Assembly (NCBI GenBank): GCA_965655095.1
Contig: OZ296656.1
Span: 32,798,001-32,862,000 of the forward strand
Direction: 5' to 3'
DNA from: Haplodiscus bocki
Taxonomy: Eukaryota
DNA: 64,000 bases
Both the position numbers and the translations under genes were made by a program. The notes below the pieces were generated by a model, which saw nothing but the letters and a program-made list of their open reading frames with translations, ran no database searches and was not told where the DNA came from. Every line of letters begins with the position of its first letter. The first letter of the stretch is position 1. Shown here one piece after another: positions 62,926 to 64,000 of this stretch.

Positions 62926-63123
62926 CTATTTTGTAAGTACTTTAAATCCCGATGCTGTCACTTTTTTAAGGAATTTTTTATTGTTTTGCGAAATATTTCT
63001 GTTTTGTTTACGAGGAAGTGAACCAGCTTTTATTGTTTTTGATTTAATCTCTTTTTCTTTTGTTTTTTCAGTTATTGGAGTATATCTAACACTGTTATCA
63101 ATAGTTATTTTTCGTAATGTCAT
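62926..63123 (-). CDS. 65-aa highly basic protein, candidate DNA-condensing core protein
   Basis: Lys/Arg-rich, TAAATG start, directly downstream of the protease, C-terminal VTASGF. Confidence 0.6.
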   Translation of the reverse strand: MTLRKITIDNSVRYTPITEKTKEKEIKSKTIKAGSLPRKQNRNISQNNKKFLKKVTASGFKVLTK

Positions 63124-63149
63124 TTATTTTAAAGGAAACATTAACGTTT

Positions 63150-63575
63150 TCATATCATTTGATAGTATAAATTTAAAACAGCAATTTTAAAATCAATACC
63201 TAACACTTTTGTCAAATATATTATATATAAACAATAAAAAGCACAATAAGAGTCTTGCTTACTTGTTAGACCTTGTATTTTGTATTCTGAATATAAACAA
63301 TATCCATTTCGTTTTATGATAAATTTAGATAGTTTCTTTGGAGGTGTAATCCCATATGAATCAAAATAGCTTCCGTGATTATATAAAACCCAATGGGTTC
63401 CTTTTGATGGATGTAAATTTACAATGCCAATATCAGATTCAAAAGGTTCGTCTCTTAAATAGATCCCTATATCATTCAAAGACAAAGATGAAAGGATCTG
63501 TTGAATTTTTATATTTGATGTTGCTTTGTTTTTCAATTTGTGTTTTTTAATAAAATCATTGAACATCAGTATCAT
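63150..63575 (-). CDS. Adenain/Ulp1-like (clan CE) maturation cysteine protease, 141 aa
   Basis: IVNL..GTHWV (His), YFDSYG (Asp), IQ (oxyanion Gln) and SYCAFYC (Cys) in the canonical order. Confidence 0.92.
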   Translation of the reverse strand: MILMFNDFIKKHKLKNKATSNIKIQQILSSLSLNDIGIYLRDEPFESDIGIVNLHPSKGTHWVLYNHGSYFDSYGITPPKKLSKFIIKRNGYCLYSEYKIQGLTSKQDSYCAFYCLYIIYLTKVLGIDFKIAVLNLYYQMI

Positions 63576-63866
63576 TTAAACACTCATATAATTGTATGTA
63601 TAAATATACATATAATTGTAAGTATTACTCATATAATTATATGTATCAATACCCATATAAGTGTATGTATAACTGTATGTATCCGTGTGTTTTAAATGTA
63701 ATTATTTATTTTCTTCTGATAAATCAAGAAACTTATTCATATAATTGTAAGTATACCCCAGTATAAGTACTCGTGTAATTATATTATCACAATTGTGAAA
63801 CATATGTATAAATACTCGTATAAATGTAAGTATACCTTAGTATAAGTACTCCTATAATTGTAAGTA

Positions 63867-64000
63867 TCATGAATCTCGTCTTGTTGTAAACAAAAAATCT
63901 TCTAAAACTTTATCAGCATTAGCATAATTGTCGAATAAACCTTTGTCATATAATATTTGTATCGTCGTTTTCACAGCTCTTTGAATTAAAATATCTTCTA
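63867..64000 (-). CDS. C-terminal end of a further Polinton ORF starting beyond the window
   Basis: Open frame EDILIQRAVKTTIQILYDKGLFDNYANADKVLEDFLFTTRRDS* ending at TGA 63867-63869. Confidence 0.6.
   Translation of the reverse strand, partial: EDILIQRAVKTTIQILYDKGLFDNYANADKVLEDFLFTTRRDS

Larger units (their letters stand above)
50159..64000. mobile_element. Polinton/Maverick (adintovirus-like endogenous virus), left part; continues beyond the window
   Basis: AGTAGT terminus, sharp drop in GC and dense intronless ORFs. Hallmark set: pPolB, rve integrase, MCP, pentons, A32 ATPase, adenain-type protease. Confidence 0.97.

Noticed and set aside
59480-63550. Plus-strand ORFs 59480-59665, 59669-59860, 59941-60189, 62382-62624, 62882-63190 and 63356-63550
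   Set aside because: Antisense shadows of the real minus-strand viral genes, with no motifs of their own.

Overview
Eukaryotic, probably invertebrate-animal, genomic DNA in two parts. Bases 1 to ~50158 are repeat-rich, essentially non-coding host sequence. They contain three ~0.78-kb Tc1/mariner-type MITEs (two forming a ~1.65-kb quasi-palindrome), a family of Helitron-like hairpin-CTTG elements (one carrying a 12-unit ~120-bp satellite and a tRNA-Glu-like segment), tRNA-derived SINE-like repeats, degenerate tandem arrays, a small MITE with a 6-bp TSD and at most one plausible host exon. No host gene could be named. From ~50159 to the window end lies the left ~13.8 kb of an AT-rich integrated Polinton/Maverick (adintovirus-like endogenous dsDNA virus). 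It has an AGTAGT terminus and 60-bp subterminal repeats. It encodes a disrupted protein-primed PolB, a frameshifted rve integrase, a double-jelly-roll major capsid protein, an A32-type packaging ATPase, two tandem penton paralogs, an adenain-like protease and several small core/membrane proteins. The most notable observations: (1) the replication/integration genes carry most of the ~10 disabling lesions while the virion-assembly module is almost fully open; (2) 11 of 13 genes start with TAAATG; (3) there are repeated intergenic modules; (4) a putative entry/egress kit is present, with an LYPSAPL double late-domain protein and a recurring (I/V)xAxG protease site ahead of an amphipathic helix. 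All calls come from reading the sequence and recalling motifs; no database search was run.
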